Below, piece after piece: positions 1 through 11,746 of a DNA stretch of 64,000 bases. Position numbers and translations under genes: made by a program. This DNA is from Squalus acanthias. Lineage: Eukaryota. The stretch covers positions 139,378,001 through 139,442,000 of the forward strand of contig CM059432.1 of NCBI GenBank assembly GCA_030390025.1. Direction: 5' to 3'. The number at the start of each line of letters is the position of its first letter. The first letter of the stretch is position 1. The notes beneath the pieces were generated by a model that worked only from the letters and a program-made list of their open reading frames with translations, had not been told where the DNA came from and made no database searches.

Positions 1-968
1 ATCTAGACGAGGGAACTAGATGTAATATCTCTAAGTTTGCAGACGACACAAAGCTGGGTGGGCGTGTGTGCTGTGAGGAGGATGCAGAGAAACTCCAGTA
101 TGATTTGGACAGGTTGGGTGATTGGGCAGATGCATGGCAGATGCAGTATAATGTGGATAAATGCGAGGTTATCCACTTTGGTGGCAAAAACAGGAAGACA
201 GATTATTATCTGAACGGCAATAGATTGGGAAAAGGGGAAGTGCAACGAGATCTGGGAGTCCTTGTGCACCAGTCGCTGAAGGTAAGTATGCAGGTGCAGC
301 AGGCGGTTAAGAAGGCAAATGGTATGTTGGCCTTCATAGCGAAAGGATTCGAGTACAGGAGCAAGGATGTCTTGCTGCAGTTGTACAAGGCCTTGGTGAG
401 ACCACACCTTGAGTATTGTGTGCGGTTTTGGTCGCCTTATCTGAGGAAGGATGTTCTTGCCATGGAGGGAGTGCAGCGAAGATTTACCAGGCTAATACCT
501 GGGATGGCAGGAATGACGTATGAAGAGAGATTGGGTCGATTAGGCTTATATTCACTAGAGTTTAGAAGAATGAGAGGGGATCTCATTGAAACTTATAAAA
601 TTCTAACAGGACTAGACAGACTAGATGCAGGAAGGATGTTCCCGATGGCGGGGGAGTCCAGAACCAGAGGTCACAGTCTAAGGATTAGGGGTAAGCCATT
701 TAGGACTGAGATGAGGAGGAATTTCTTCACCCAGCGAGTGGTGAACCTGTGGAATTCTCTACCACAGAAGGCAGTTGAGGCCAATTCATTAAATATATTC
801 AAGAAGGAGATAGATATATTTCTTAAGGCTAAAGGGATCAAAGGATATGGGGAGAAAGCAGGGACAGGGTACTGAATTTGGATGATCAGCCTGATCTCAT
901 TAAATGGCAGAGCAGGCTCGAGGGGCCGAATGGCCTACTCCTGCTCCTATCTTCTATGCTTCTATGCA
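1..968 (+). mobile_element. CR1-clade LINE, 3' part of ORF2 (RT C-terminus) plus 3' UTR/tail; runs off the window start
   Basis: Stop-free frame to 875 (FADDTKL just upstream of ORF 66..875; YKALVRPHLEYC, QRRFTRLIPG, RRNFFTQRVVNLWNSLP), followed by the GGCCGAATGGCCT tail and TTCTATGC repeats. Confidence 0.93.
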
Positions 969-1432
969 TCTGGGACCTCGGTGAACGACGGGACCAACCG
1001 TCTAGCTCCTTAACCAATGAGATTTAAGGATTGAGGAATAAACAGAGGAACGACGGAGAAGGAAATTGGGCGAATTAGAGTCAGATCAGGTACAGAAAGA
1101 GAAATAAAGAGAGAGAAAGAAAGAGTGGATTAAGAGAGAAAAAAGAGACAGAAAGGAAAAGTAAGAAAAAAATGTAATTAAAATTTAAGAACCTCTTGGA
1201 ACAATTTACTACCTGCAGGAATGAGACTCCACAGTTTGAGTGGCATTGTAGGAACATAAATCTGCTCATTAACAGGGTCTTTACGTCATTAAGTAGCAGC
1301 CCTAACTTGCTGCAGCCAGTTTAATTCGTCGTTTCGACGCAAATACAGCAATTTCCTGAAACTCACGGGGAGGTTGAGGGCGAGATCCCATTTTCACGAG
1401 GCGAATGGCGGAGCAGCACCCAGCAACTTTGC
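969..1432 (-). mobile_element. Fragment of a non-autonomous DNA-transposon-like repeat (same family as 25012-26545)
   Basis: Reverse complement shares TGTGGAGTCTCATTCCTGCAG, CTCTCTCTTAATCC and ATTGGTTAAGGAG blocks with 26140-26375. Bounds approximate. Confidence 0.55.
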
Positions 1433-1434
1433 GC

Positions 1435-1695
1435 ACAGGTGGACGTAAAGATCCCATGGCACTATTTCGAAGAAGAGTTCTCCCCGGTGTCCTGGGGCCA
1501 ATATTTATCGCTCAACCAACATCACTAAAACAGATTATCTGATCATTATCTCATTGCTGTTTGTGGGATCTTGCTGTGCGCAAATTGGCTGCCGCGTTGC
1601 CCACATTACAACAGTGACTACACTTCAAAAAAAGTACTTCATTGGCTGTAAAGCGCTTTGGGATGTCCTGAGGTTGTGAAAGGTGCATGTTCTTT
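1435..1695 (+). mobile_element. Deu-domain SINE (SacSINE1-like), 3' half
   Basis: CAGGTGGACGTAAAGATCCCATGGCACTATTTCGAAGAAGAG...GCGCTTTGGGATGTCCTGAGG, shared with about 10 copies in the window. Confidence 0.8.
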
Positions 1696-1775
1696 CTTAA
1701 TATCTTAATCAAAAACGTTACAGTTCAAAGCATTATTGCTTTGTTTTTTTTTTAATTTGATTTTTATTCCCTCAG

Positions 1776-2065
1776 GATACACCAGAAGAATGATTGCCTT
1801 TGACACAAAGTCAAACCAATTTGTAAAATGTGCTGATATGAAAGAGAGGAGGATGCATCATGGGGCTACGATTATAAACAACAAAGTCTATGTTACGGGG
1901 GGGCGATACGTCACCTCCGGCAACAGCATTGAAGACAGTGATGCATTTGATTGCTACGACCCGGTGACAGACAGCTGGATCTCTAAAGGAACTCTGCCAC
2001 ACAAACTGTTTGACCATGGCTGCCTAACGCTGCATAGCATTTCCTACAAGTCCCGCACACTGTAA
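1776..2065 (+). CDS. KLHL38: Kelch-like protein 38, last coding exon (final kelch repeats and stop)
   Basis: Polypyrimidine acceptor ttttattccctcAG|G at 1775/1776; peptide GYTRRMIAFD...FVKCADMKERRMHHGAT...VYVTGGR...FDCYDP...LPHKLFDHGCLTL matches the KLHL38 C-terminus as I recall it; TAA at 2063-2065; lies upstream of FBXO32 on the same strand, as in human. Confidence 0.92.
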
Positions 2066-2379
2066 GTATTATAACAGAGTGACATTGTAACAGGTGCGGG
2101 CAGGGGAAGACCTTCGATCCATCTAGCCCATCTATGCATAGTATTTCCTTGTTGCCTGCCTTAATAACCCTGAATCCCATTTGTTTACAAGGACCTGTCT
2201 AGTTCCTCCTGAAACCCATTTCACTTCTTGTTCCACCAACCATGCCAGCAATTTAATCCACATAATCAGTAAAAAAAAAGGTTTCTCCTGCACTTTCTAG
2301 TTGTTTTGCTAATAATTTTTAAATATGACACCTTGTGCTTAAATTCTGTACACGACAGAAAAGCTTACTTGAATCTAAT

Positions 2380-2518
2380 GGGGCAGAAATTTGTCTTGGG
2401 TGTTGGAGCAAAACGGGCGTTATCTTATCGCCCGATACTCAGTCCCGTTGACATCAATATTGGGCTGGGCCTCTAACAGGTGGTCTATTCACTCCCGCCC
2501 AAGACGAATTTCTGCCTC
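2380..2518. mobile_element. 139-bp MITE with ~21-bp terminal inverted repeats
   Basis: GGGGCAGAAATTTGTCTTGGG ... CCCAAGACGAATTTCTGCCTC; flanks AAT/AGT; sits inside a decayed minus-strand CR1 fragment (~2270-2975). Confidence 0.65.
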
Positions 2519-2974
2519 AGTGTCCCTAAACTTTTCATAATTTTAAGCACTTCTGTCGCATACCCTCTCAGTCTTTTCCTTTCATGAGAGAAAAGACCCA
2601 GGGTAGTCAACCTTTCCTCCTACGCCATTGCCTTAAGTTCTGCGATCAACCTTCTCGCTAAACCCCTCCAAAAACTGAATATCCTTTTTGAAATGGGGTG
2701 GCCAAAACTGCCCGCAATATTCCAGATGTGGTTTCTCACCAGGGTCAAATACAGTTTAAAAATGAAACTATCGAGATTTATCTGCTATACCCCTGCTATG
2801 CATCCGAACATTGTGTTTGCTTTTTTTTTTAACAGCTTGGGAACATTGTGCTGATGGTTTTAGTGACCTGTCCACTAAATCCCCAAGATCACTCTATTGC
2901 TCCGATACCTCAAGCACATTCCCATTTAACACATCAGCCTTCCCGCCACCAAATCTCATAACCTTACATTTTCC

Positions 2975-3178
2975 TGAGCTCTGGAATTCCCTCCCTAAAG
3001 CTCCCTGCCTCTCAACCTCTCTCTTCTCCTGCAAGACGCTCCTTACAACCTGATCTGTCCTGATATCTCCTTATGAGACTTGGTGCCAAATTTTTTGTCT
3101 GATAACGCTCCTGTGAAGCGCCTTGGGACTTTTCAATTACGTTAAAGGCGCTATACAAATGCAAGTCATTGTTGTTGT
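2975..3178 (+). mobile_element. L2-clade LINE 3' tail
   Basis: CTCTGGAATTCCCTCCCTAAA...CTCCTGTGAAGCGCCTTGGGAC...AAAGGCGCTATACAAATGCAAG plus a (TTG)n end. Confidence 0.75.
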
Positions 3179-3894
3179 ACTAAATTGCGTCTGCCAATTC
3201 TGCGCCCGCTGATTGAGCTCATCCAGATCCGTTTGAATTTGTGCGCACTGATATTCATAATTTTCCACTGCTCCCAAGATGGTGTTGTCTGCAAATTTGG
3301 ACACTTTGCCCGCCAAGGATAAATTGATCTTTCCCGTGGGGGGATGAGGGGACTGTGGGGGGATGGGGAGGTGGTGGGGGACAAGTTAACCCCGATTATG
3401 TAAACAAGGCTCGAAGACCAATTCCTGACGAACCTCGGGCCTCTCAAGCCCGCAACCCGAAACAGGTCGAGACAAAAATCTACCCCACGGTCATCATGTT
3501 TCTGAAGTCCATAAACAGGAATAGGAAATCAAGCTCCAAACTCAAATGCGGTAGTTGATGGTAATACAGTCCCCACCGTTTATCGCGGTAGTGTTCGTTC
3601 GAGCGAGATTTGCCTGCTAAATTATAAAATCGCACCGTTCCAAAGTAATTTAGCTGTGTGTGAAACGCTTTGACCTTTTGACCTGATGGGCTGCTATGTC
3701 AATGCAGTTGTTCTTTTAACCTGATTAATTAAAAATGGGTTTGCAATCTGCCTTATCTCTTTGCCCAGCTTTAAGAGTTTGTAGATGTTGTTATTGCTGT
3801 CATAACAAAATGTCTGTTTAGATGGTTGTTTGAAAAGAAAAGTCATGAAATGTATTTTTGTCTCCTGGTGAAAATAATGTCGCGAGCATGACCC

Positions 3895-4900
3895 CATGCA
3901 GCAAGACTTGGACGATGTTCAGGCTTGGGCTGATATGTGGCAGGTAACATTCGTGCCACACAAGTGCCAGGCAATGACTATCTCCAACAAGTGATAATCT
4001 AACCACCACCCCTTGACATTCAACGGCATTACCATTGCCGGATTCCCCACCATCAATACCCTGGGGGGTCACCATTGACCAGAAACTTAACTGGATCAGC
4101 CACATAAATACTGTGGCTACAAGAGCAGGTTAGGGGCTAGGTATTCTGCAGCGAGTGTCTCATCTCCTGACTCCCATCGTGACTTTCCACCATCTACAAG
4201 GCACAAGTCAGGGGTGTGATGGAATACTCTCCACTTGCCTGGATGAGTGCAGCTCCAACAACTCAAGAAGCACGACACCATACAGGACAAAGCAGCCCGC
4301 TTGATTGGCACCCCATCCACCACCTTAAACATTCACTCCCTCCACCGCTGGCGTAGCGTGGCTGCAGTGTGTACCATCTACAAGATGCACTGCAGCAACT
4401 CGCCAAGGCTTCTTTGACGGCATCTCCCAAACCCGCGACCTCTTCCACCTAGAAGGACAAGGGCAGCAGGCGCACGGGATCACCATCACCTGCAAGTTCC
4501 CTGCCAAGTCACACAACATCCTGACCTGGACATATATCAGCCATTCCTTCATCGTCGCTGGGTCAAAATCCTGGAACTACCAACCAATGTTCCCCGTAAG
4601 CTGCACTTTGTTCTGCCCAGCCTGTTTCTTTTAATGCACGGTCCCTTTAAATTTCTGCGCATGCGCGGTATTCACAATGGAATAGTTGGTGAGCGGCCTG
4701 CGCGGAACCTTTCCCATTACTGCGCGGCCGCACAGTTTAGAGAGAACATTGCTCCCTCCCTAACAGCACTGTGTGAGCACCTTTCACCACACGGACTGCA
4801 GCGGTTCAAGAAGGCGGCTCACCACCACCTTCTCAAGGGGCAACTAGGGATGGGCAATAAATGCCGGCCTTGCCAGCGACGCCTACATCCCGGGAATGAA
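3895..4900 (+). mobile_element. Second CR1-group LINE family, decayed 3' region (other pieces at ~26630-26800, 40030-40350, 42720-43020, 52420-52960)
   Basis: Decayed RT C-terminal frame (QQDLDDVQAWADMWQVTF..KCQAM; YKAQVRGVMEYSP) and the tail GGGCAATAAATGCCGGCCTTGCCAGCGAC repeated elsewhere in the window. Confidence 0.75.
4585..4751. mobile_element. ~165-bp hAT-like MITE (CAATGTTCCC TIR); relatives at 35743-35887 and 52738-52901
   Basis: CAATGTTCCCCGTAAGCTG ... CAGTTTAGAGAGAACATTG interrupts a LINE; the 52738 copy has a degenerate 8-bp TSD (AACTAGGG/AGCTGGGG). Confidence 0.65.
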
Positions 4901-5129
4901 TTTTTTTTATATATTAGATGACTAAATGATGATTTGACAATTTGATATTTATACTTGAATCTATAGCAACTTTCTTTCAGGGATACTTCTCATTTTTATT
5001 GAAAAGATGTATCGAATTTTCACTCTAATTACCGTTTGCATTTACTTTGTTACATTTTACATAATTTTGGCATTTTTTAAAAATCTTGTATACAAACCAG
5101 AGTTTGGACACTGTAAGAAGAATGTAGAA

Positions 5130-5231
5130 AATAAATGTCACTGTATACAAATCTGTCTTACTTTCAGGTGTCTGGTGATGATAAAGTTTATTTGCTGAAT
5201 TTATATTTCTATCTCGTTTGCTACCATTAAA
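5130..5231 (+). terminator. Candidate KLHL38 polyadenylation signals
   Basis: AATAAA at 5130-5135 and ATTAAA at 5226-5231, at the end of a non-repetitive AT-rich block (4905-5240); no transcript evidence. Confidence 0.3.
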
Positions 5232-5324
5232 TACTACTGGAGAGTGATACTGAGCTGGACTGACATTCCAGGATCACTCAAATTGGGAAAGATTTAGGTT
5301 AATTTGATAATGCCATTTATTACA

Positions 5325-5718
5325 GAGTATTTTACAGCACAGAAACAGGCCATTCGGCCCAACTGGTCCATGCCGGTGTTTATGCTCCACACCAGCCTCC
5401 TCCCACCCTACATCATCATCACCAAATCCTTCTATTCCTTTCTCGTCATGTGTTTATCTAGCTTCCCCTTAAATGCTTCTCTGCTATTCACCTCAACTAC
5501 TCTTTGTGGTAGCGAGTTCCACTCTCTGGATAAAGAAGTTTCTCCTGAATTCCCGATTGGATTTATTGGTGTCTGTCTTATATTTATGGCCCCTAGTTTT
5601 GGTCTCCCCCACAAGTGAAAACAAATCTTCTCTACACCTACCCTATCAAACCCTTTCATAATTTTAAAGAACTCTGTTAGGTCAGCCCTCCGCCTTCTCT
5701 TTTCTACTGAAAGAGCCG
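5325..5718 (-). mobile_element. CR1 3' fragment
   Basis: WNSLPQRVVEVNSREAFKGKLD frame and the GGCCGAATGGCCTG tail on the minus strand. Confidence 0.8.
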
Positions 5719-5719
5719 C

Positions 5720-6102
5720 ACGATAGGGTTCCCCTTGTCCTCACCTTCCACCCCACCAGCCTCCGCATTCAACGGATCATCCTCTGCCATTTCCGCCACC
5801 TCCAGCGCGATGCCACCACCAAACACTCTTCCCCTCCCCTTTCAGCCTTCCGAAGGGACCGCTCCCTCCCGGCACCCTGGTCCACTCCTCAATCACCCCC
5901 AACACCCCCTCCCCTTCCCACGGCACCTTCCCGTGCAAGCGCAGGAGATGCAACACATGCCCTTTTCACCTCCTCCCTTCCCACCGTCCAGGCCCCCAAA
6001 CACTCCTTCCAGGTGAAAAAGCAATTTACTTGTGCTTCTTTCAATTTAGTATACTGTACCGGCTGCTCACGATGCGGTTTCCTCTACACAGGGGAGACCA
6101 CC
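5720..6102 (+). mobile_element. Penelope-like element fragment (RT C-terminus into GIY-YIG start)
   Basis: Frameshifted D-RVPLVLTFHP...GTFPCKRRRCNTCP...FQVKKQFTC...LYTGET, typical of Penelope ORFs. Confidence 0.7.
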
Positions 6103-6159
6103 AAATTGGCATGTTCCTTAAAAAAATTCCAGCCTATGTACAAAAGCACAGTGTCCTTA

Positions 6160-7680
6160 GGAACATAGGAACAGGAGGAGGCCATTCAGCCCCTTGGGCC
6201 TGCTTCTCCATTCAATCAGATCATGGCTGATCTGCATCTTTTCCCGCCTTTGCTCCATATCCCTTGATCTCCTTACCCAACAAAAATCTATTTATCTCAG
6301 TCTTGAATGCTCCAATTGACTCCCAGCATCCACAGCCTTTTAGGGGAGAGAGTTCCAAATTTCTACTACCCTTTGTGTGAAGAAGTGCTTTCTGGTTTCA
6401 CTCCTGAATGGCCTAGCTCTAAATTTAAGATTATGGGCTGGATTTTACTCACCAAGACGCTTTGGGGGGCGGGACTGCTGCCTTCCGGGTTCTAGTCCCA
6501 CCCCCAACGACGTCCGACGCACAGACGCTATTTTCCCCTGATTGGCCTTGTTAAGCCCGCCCTGCGGGCTTGCTGGCCAATTAAGGGAAAGCCGGTGTCA
6601 GATGATGTCAGTTGATGATGCTTCAGCTGCTGGTTTTCTTAAAGGGACATGAAGCATTTATTTTTGACAGATGATTTGACAGTGTTTGACAGCATTGAGG
6701 TGCTGTCAAACACTGACAATCACTGTACACAGGTGAGCCCTTGCATCCAGGCTCTCCAATGACTCTCTCCTTCGGATGAAACAGATGGCAACTGCAGGTG
6801 AGGGTACAGAAGCGATCTGTCACTTCTCCCATTGAGGTGAGGTGAGCTTGTCACCTACAGAAAAATCTAAACACATTCAAAATGACTTTCTCAACATTTC
6901 CTTACTTCTGATACTCACCAGTGTCCCATTGCATCCTTCACACCCCTTCTGCAGCTGTCATCCAAACACCAACATAACAACAGACCCACAGCATGCCTCA
7001 CTTACCCTGGCGAGGTTCCCCGATGTCGGGAAGCCCGCAGCAGAAGTCTCAAAATGGGAAAAAGCCTCTTAACTGCCTGTTAACGATCTGTTAACAGGCA
7101 GTTAAGTGGTTATAATCCTCTTCCCGCCGCTAGGCGTCAGGTCCCTGCGCAAATCTAGGAAGATTGGTTGGAGGTGGGTTGATAGCGGGTTCAAGACCCG
7201 CTCACATTCTTTTTGACTTTCCCAGCAGCCCCGCCTCCAAACCCGCCTCCTCAGGGCTGGTAAAATCAATCCCTATGTCTCCTTGTTCTTGATTCCCCCA
7301 CGCCAGAGGAAATAGTTCCTCTGTGTTTACCCTACGAAATCCTTTTAACATCTTAAACCCTTTGATCAAATCGTCCCTCAATCTCCTATAATCAAAGGAA
7401 TAGAAGCCAAGTCTATGCAAACTGTCCTCGTAATTTACCCTTCTAGCTCCAGTATTATTCTGTTAAATCTGCGCTAACCCCCTCCAAGGCCAATATATCC
7501 TTTCTGAGGTGCGGTGCCCAAAACTGAACGCAGTTACTCCAGATGGGGGTCTGACCAAGGCTCTGACCAACTGAAGCATCACTTCCTCCCCTTTGTTCTC
7601 CAACTCCAACTCTTGAGATAAAGGACAACCTCCCATTTGCCTTTTTGACTGTTCCTCTGTCTGCGCACTGTCACTTTCTC
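6160..7680 (-). mobile_element. CR1 3' fragment split by the MITE at 6435-7273
   Basis: CR1 peptides in ORFs 7202..7420 and 7463..7771; sequence is continuous across the MITE (AATTTAAGATTAT|GTCTCCTTGTTCT). Confidence 0.8.
6435..7273. mobile_element. PIF/Harbinger-type MITE, 839 bp
   Basis: Ends GGGCTGGATTTT / AAAATCAATCCC; 3-bp TSD TAT (6432-6434, 7274-7276); internally homologous to 40408-41278. Confidence 0.8.
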
Positions 7681-9952
7681 CATCGCACATTTGGATGAGA
7701 TTTTCTCTGTTTGTTCTTTGTCTTTGCGTTTGTGATTTCACTGCAAATGGCAGGAAATCACTCCTTCCCATATGTTTGGAGCTATAGCAAGAAATGCAGG
7801 TTTTGATAGAATTATGCGTCTCTTTCTGATTTGCCTGGCTGAGTGAAGTTGAGGCCCAGCTTCTGATGGCTTGAATTGAGGTGGGGACATCCCCAGTTTC
7901 CGTAAGTCTAAAGACCCATTGTAGATGGAGCTAGGTCACAGATCAGCCATGATCTCATTGAATGGCAGAACAGGCTCGAGGGGCTAAATGGCCTCCTCCT
8001 GTTCCTATGTTTCCTCCTGATATTTATAGGCTAATTGGTCGAAGAGGAGAGAGGGGGGAAATGTTTGTATCTGACTCCTGTCAAAATAGAGTGGTTTGTA
8101 CATCTATTAGAATTGGATCTTCTGGTTCCATTTCCGGATTATCTAAACTTGCAACTTTCAAAGATGAATCCCAAAGAAAAGGGAACCTGCTGTTGATTAA
8201 CGAGATCTGTGTGTTCATTTCATAACTATCCGGATATTTATAACCATCAGACTAAGGCAGCGGCCGTGACAGCTGATCAGCTTGCTGACATCTCTCAGTT
8301 GACAAACCAAATTATTTTTAGCAAGAGACACAACAGCATCATGTGAGAAGAGGACAGGAGCTGATGCACAAGTCATGGCACAGAAGGAGGCCATTCGGCC
8401 CATCGTGCCTGTGCCGGCTCTTTGAAAGAGCTGTCCAATTAATCCCACTCCCCCCTGGCTCTTTCCCCGTAGCCCTGCAAATGTTTTCCTTTTCAAGTAC
8501 ATAAGTCATACCAAAAAAAAATTGAATTGAGACTGCTGTTTTTCAGATTGGCTGTGTGATTTCATAGATGGAGTTCAATGGTCCTAAGGGAGGACATTTT
8601 TATTACTTTTATAATTGTAATCAGAATCCTCCTTGACCCATCCAGTTATTTTCAAACTGCTTCAGGAATGGATGCTGTTTCAGCTGAAGTGGACCCTTTG
8701 GTATAATACGTCCAATCTTCCAATTATTAAACCGCATGAGGGAAAGCAACCAACACATTCCTGCTCTAATTGTTGTTCTTGCTGACTTGCTGAGTGTAAT
8801 AGTGCTGTCTGAGGCTTTACAACTGTCTCTGAAACGTTGCAGGACTTACAGTCAGGGGTTGCCAACCCTCCAGGATTGGCCTGGCGTCTCCAGGAATTAA
8901 GAACATAAGAAACAGGAGCAGGAGCAGGCCATTCGGCCCCTCGAGCCTGCTCCGCCATTTAATGAGATCATGGCTGATCCGATTTTGGCCTCAACTCCAC
9001 TTTCCTGCCCGCTCCCCATAACCCTCGACTCCCCTGTAGCTCAAAAATCTGTCTGTCTCAGCCTTGAATATATTCAATGACTCAGCTTCCACAGCTCTCT
9101 GGGGTAAAAAATTCCAAAGATTCACGACCCTCTGAGAGAAGAAATTCCTCCTCATCTCCGTCTTAAATGGGCGACCCCTTATTCTGAGACTATGCCCCCT
9201 CGTTCTAGATTCCCCCACGAGGGGAAACATCCTCTCAGCATCTACCCTGTCCAACCCCCTCAGAATCTTATATGTTTCAATAAGATCACCTCTCATTCTT
9301 CTAAACTCTAATGAGTATAGGCCCAACCTGCTCAACCTTTCTTCAGAAGACAATCCTTCCATCCCAGGAATCAACCTAGTGAACCTTCTCTGAACTGCCT
9401 CCAATGCAAGTATATCCCTCCTTAAATAAGGGGACCAAAATTGTATGCAGTACTCTAGGTGTGGTCTCACCAGCGCCCTGTACAGTTGTAGCAAGACTTC
9501 CCTACTTTTATACTCCATCCCCCTTGAAATAAAGGCCAACATTCCATTTGCCTTCCTAATTACTTGCTGCACCTGCATGCTAACTTTTTGTGTTTCATGT
9601 ACGAGGACACCCAAATCCCTCTGTACCACCGCATTCTGTAGTCTTTCTCCATTTTAATAATATTTTTCTTTTCTATTCTTCCGACCAAAGTGGATAACTT
9701 CACATTTTCCCACATTATACTCCATCTGCCAAATTCTTGCCCACTCACTTAACCTATTTATACCCCTTTGCAGACTCTTTGGGGTAAAAATTCAGTTGGT
9801 TGCGCCTCCCGTTAGCGCCTTAAGAGGGCGCTAATGGGGCGCAAAGCCGCTAACGCCCGGGCGCAGCGATGTTTGCGCCGCTCGGGAACTTAACTAGAGA
9901 TTGTGCGGCGGCGCTAAAACTTACCGCTGCGACCACCTGCGCGCGCAGATTG

Positions 9953-10097
9953 TGACGTCATTCCATGGTGCAACGCCCTTGTGGCGCCCCGGAGCGGAAA
10001 TTGAGTGGCGCCCCCTGCCTTACCGCCTGGCGCATCCAACGACCGGAAGACTGGAACGCTATCAAACGCTGTGGGGCTGGGGGGGGCGCTATTTAAA
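9953..10097 (+). promoter_or_regulatory. Putative transposase promoter: full CRE plus TATA-like box
   Basis: TGACGTCA at 9953-9960 and TATTTAAA at 10090-10097, about 200 bp before the ATG at 10292; both retained in the three derivatives. Confidence 0.55.
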
Positions 10098-10291
10098 GGG
10101 GGCCTCTTCCTGTCTTTTTCTGTGGTCGACATTTTTGCACCACTCGTTCTGAGAGAGAGAGAGAGATTCGGAGAGAGAGAAAGAGAGACTTCTGCATTGA
10201 CTCAACGCTTTGTGAGGTAGTTTTGCCTATTGATCCTAACTTCGCTAGTACTTTAGTTGCTGTCCTTCATTACTTTGCTTGCAAAGAGAAT

Positions 10292-11452
10292 ATGGGGGCT
10301 GCACTGATTGGGGGCGTCGTCCTGCTCCAGCTGAATCGGAGGATACAGAGACGCAGAGAGAGAGTGGCAATGATGGCCAGACGGAGGAGGGCCAACAGGC
10401 GTATGTACAGGAGAGCTTACCCTCCCAGGGTATATCGTGAACAGCTCTCCTACATCCATATGTCTGAGGAGCTGTGTTTGCGAAGGCTGCGATTCAGCAA
10501 GGAGGTGGTCACTGAGCTCTGCCACCTGCTGCAGCCAGATCTGCAGCCTCAACTGAGGTCCAGGACGTCTCTGTCGGTGGCAGTGAAGGTCACAGTGGCT
10601 CTCAACTTTTACGCTACTGGCTCATTTCAAGCTGCTGCTGGGGACCTCGCCAATATCTCCCAGTTCGCGGTGCATTGCTGCATCCGGCAGGTCACAAATG
10701 CCCTCTTTAAAAGGAGACGAGAGTTCATCTCTTTCCCCATGACCCCAGACAAGCAGCGTGACCGCGCTCTGGGCTTTGCGAGGGTAGCGAGCTTCCCCAT
10801 GGTGCAGGGCGCCATTGACTGCACGCATGTGGCTTTGCGTGCTCCGCATGAGAATGCCGAGGAATTCCGGAACAGAAAGGGGTTCCATTCCTTGAATGTT
10901 CAGTTGGTCTGTGACCACAGACAGCTGATACTCGCTGTCAATGCCCACTATCCTGGCAGCTGCCACGATGCTTTTATCCTGCGCCAGACTACTGTGGCAG
11001 AACTTTTCGAGGCACCGCATCAGCCAGTTGGTTGGCTTCTCGGGGACAAGGGGTATGCATTGAGCACCTGGCTGATGACACCGCTCCGTACGCCCAACAC
11101 CCCTGCTGAGCTGCGGTACAATGAGAGCCATCAAGCTACCAGGAACATAATTGAGCGCACAATCGGCGTGCTGAAGCAACGGTTCCGCTGTCTCGACCAT
11201 TCTGGAGGAGCCCTGCAGTACTCGCCTGAGCGAGTATCGAACTTCGTAGTCGTGTGCTGCATGTTGCATAACATGGCAATCCTCAGGACCCAGCCAATGC
11301 CACCAGGCCTTGGAGCACCACCAGAGGAGGAGGAGGAAGAGGAGGAAGAGGACGAGGAGGATGATCATCAGCAGCACCAAGGCGGGAGGGCGGCCCACAA
11401 TGGTCAAACTGCAAGGGCCGTCCGTCAACGGCTAATAGCAAGCCGCTTCTAG
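10292..11452 (+). CDS. Harbinger DDE transposase (HARBI1-like, DDE_Tnp_4), 386 aa
   Basis: Uninterrupted ORF from the first ATG (MGAALIGG); motifs GAIDCTHV, NRKGFHSLNVQLVCD, PGSCHDAFIL, LLGDKGY, IERTIGVLKQRFRCL, CCMLHN; acidic tail. Confidence 0.95.
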   Translation: MGAALIGGVVLLQLNRRIQRRRERVAMMARRRRANRRMYRRAYPPRVYREQLSYIHMSEELCLRRLRFSKEVVTELCHLLQPDLQPQLRSRTSLSVAVKVTVALNFYATGSFQAAAGDLANISQFAVHCCIRQVTNALFKRRREFISFPMTPDKQRDRALGFARVASFPMVQGAIDCTHVALRAPHENAEEFRNRKGFHSLNVQLVCDHRQLILAVNAHYPGSCHDAFILRQTTVAELFEAPHQPVGWLLGDKGYALSTWLMTPLRTPNTPAELRYNESHQATRNIIERTIGVLKQRFRCLDHSGGALQYSPERVSNFVVVCCMLHNMAILRTQPMPPGLGAPPEEEEEEEEEDEEDDHQQHQGGRAAHNGQTARAVRQRLIASRF

Positions 11453-11746
11453 GGCCCCTGCCATTGCTAACAACATTAATGAACCCAGCACGCAACCCCT
11501 AAGCCGGCCAAGGCACCAATAATTCCAACCACCAACCATGTATATTTTGAATACAGAAACTTATTTATTTTACAAACTCTGTGTGTGTCAATTCCTCATG
11601 ACAAACTCATAGAAATAAACACAAAAAAACAGTCAATAACATAACTGGTTCTCACAACCTGGAGATAATGTCCAAAACACTAAACAAAAGTTGGACCATG
11701 AACCTCGGCCTTTAATAAAAAAATGACCAGCATTTTGTCACACCTC

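Noticed and set aside
66..875. Functional host gene or autonomous LINE
   Set aside because: Only the CR1 ORF2 C-terminus is visible; completeness cannot be judged because the element extends beyond the window.
3563..3620. Tc1/mariner (Tigger-like) end TACAGTCCCCACCGTTTATCGCGG
   Set aside because: No matching second TIR found, so the element cannot be delimited.
10292..11452. Domesticated host gene HARBI1
   Set aside because: It sits between TIRs with a TSD inside a CR1, paired with a Myb gene, and has multicopy derivatives: a transposon, not the host gene.
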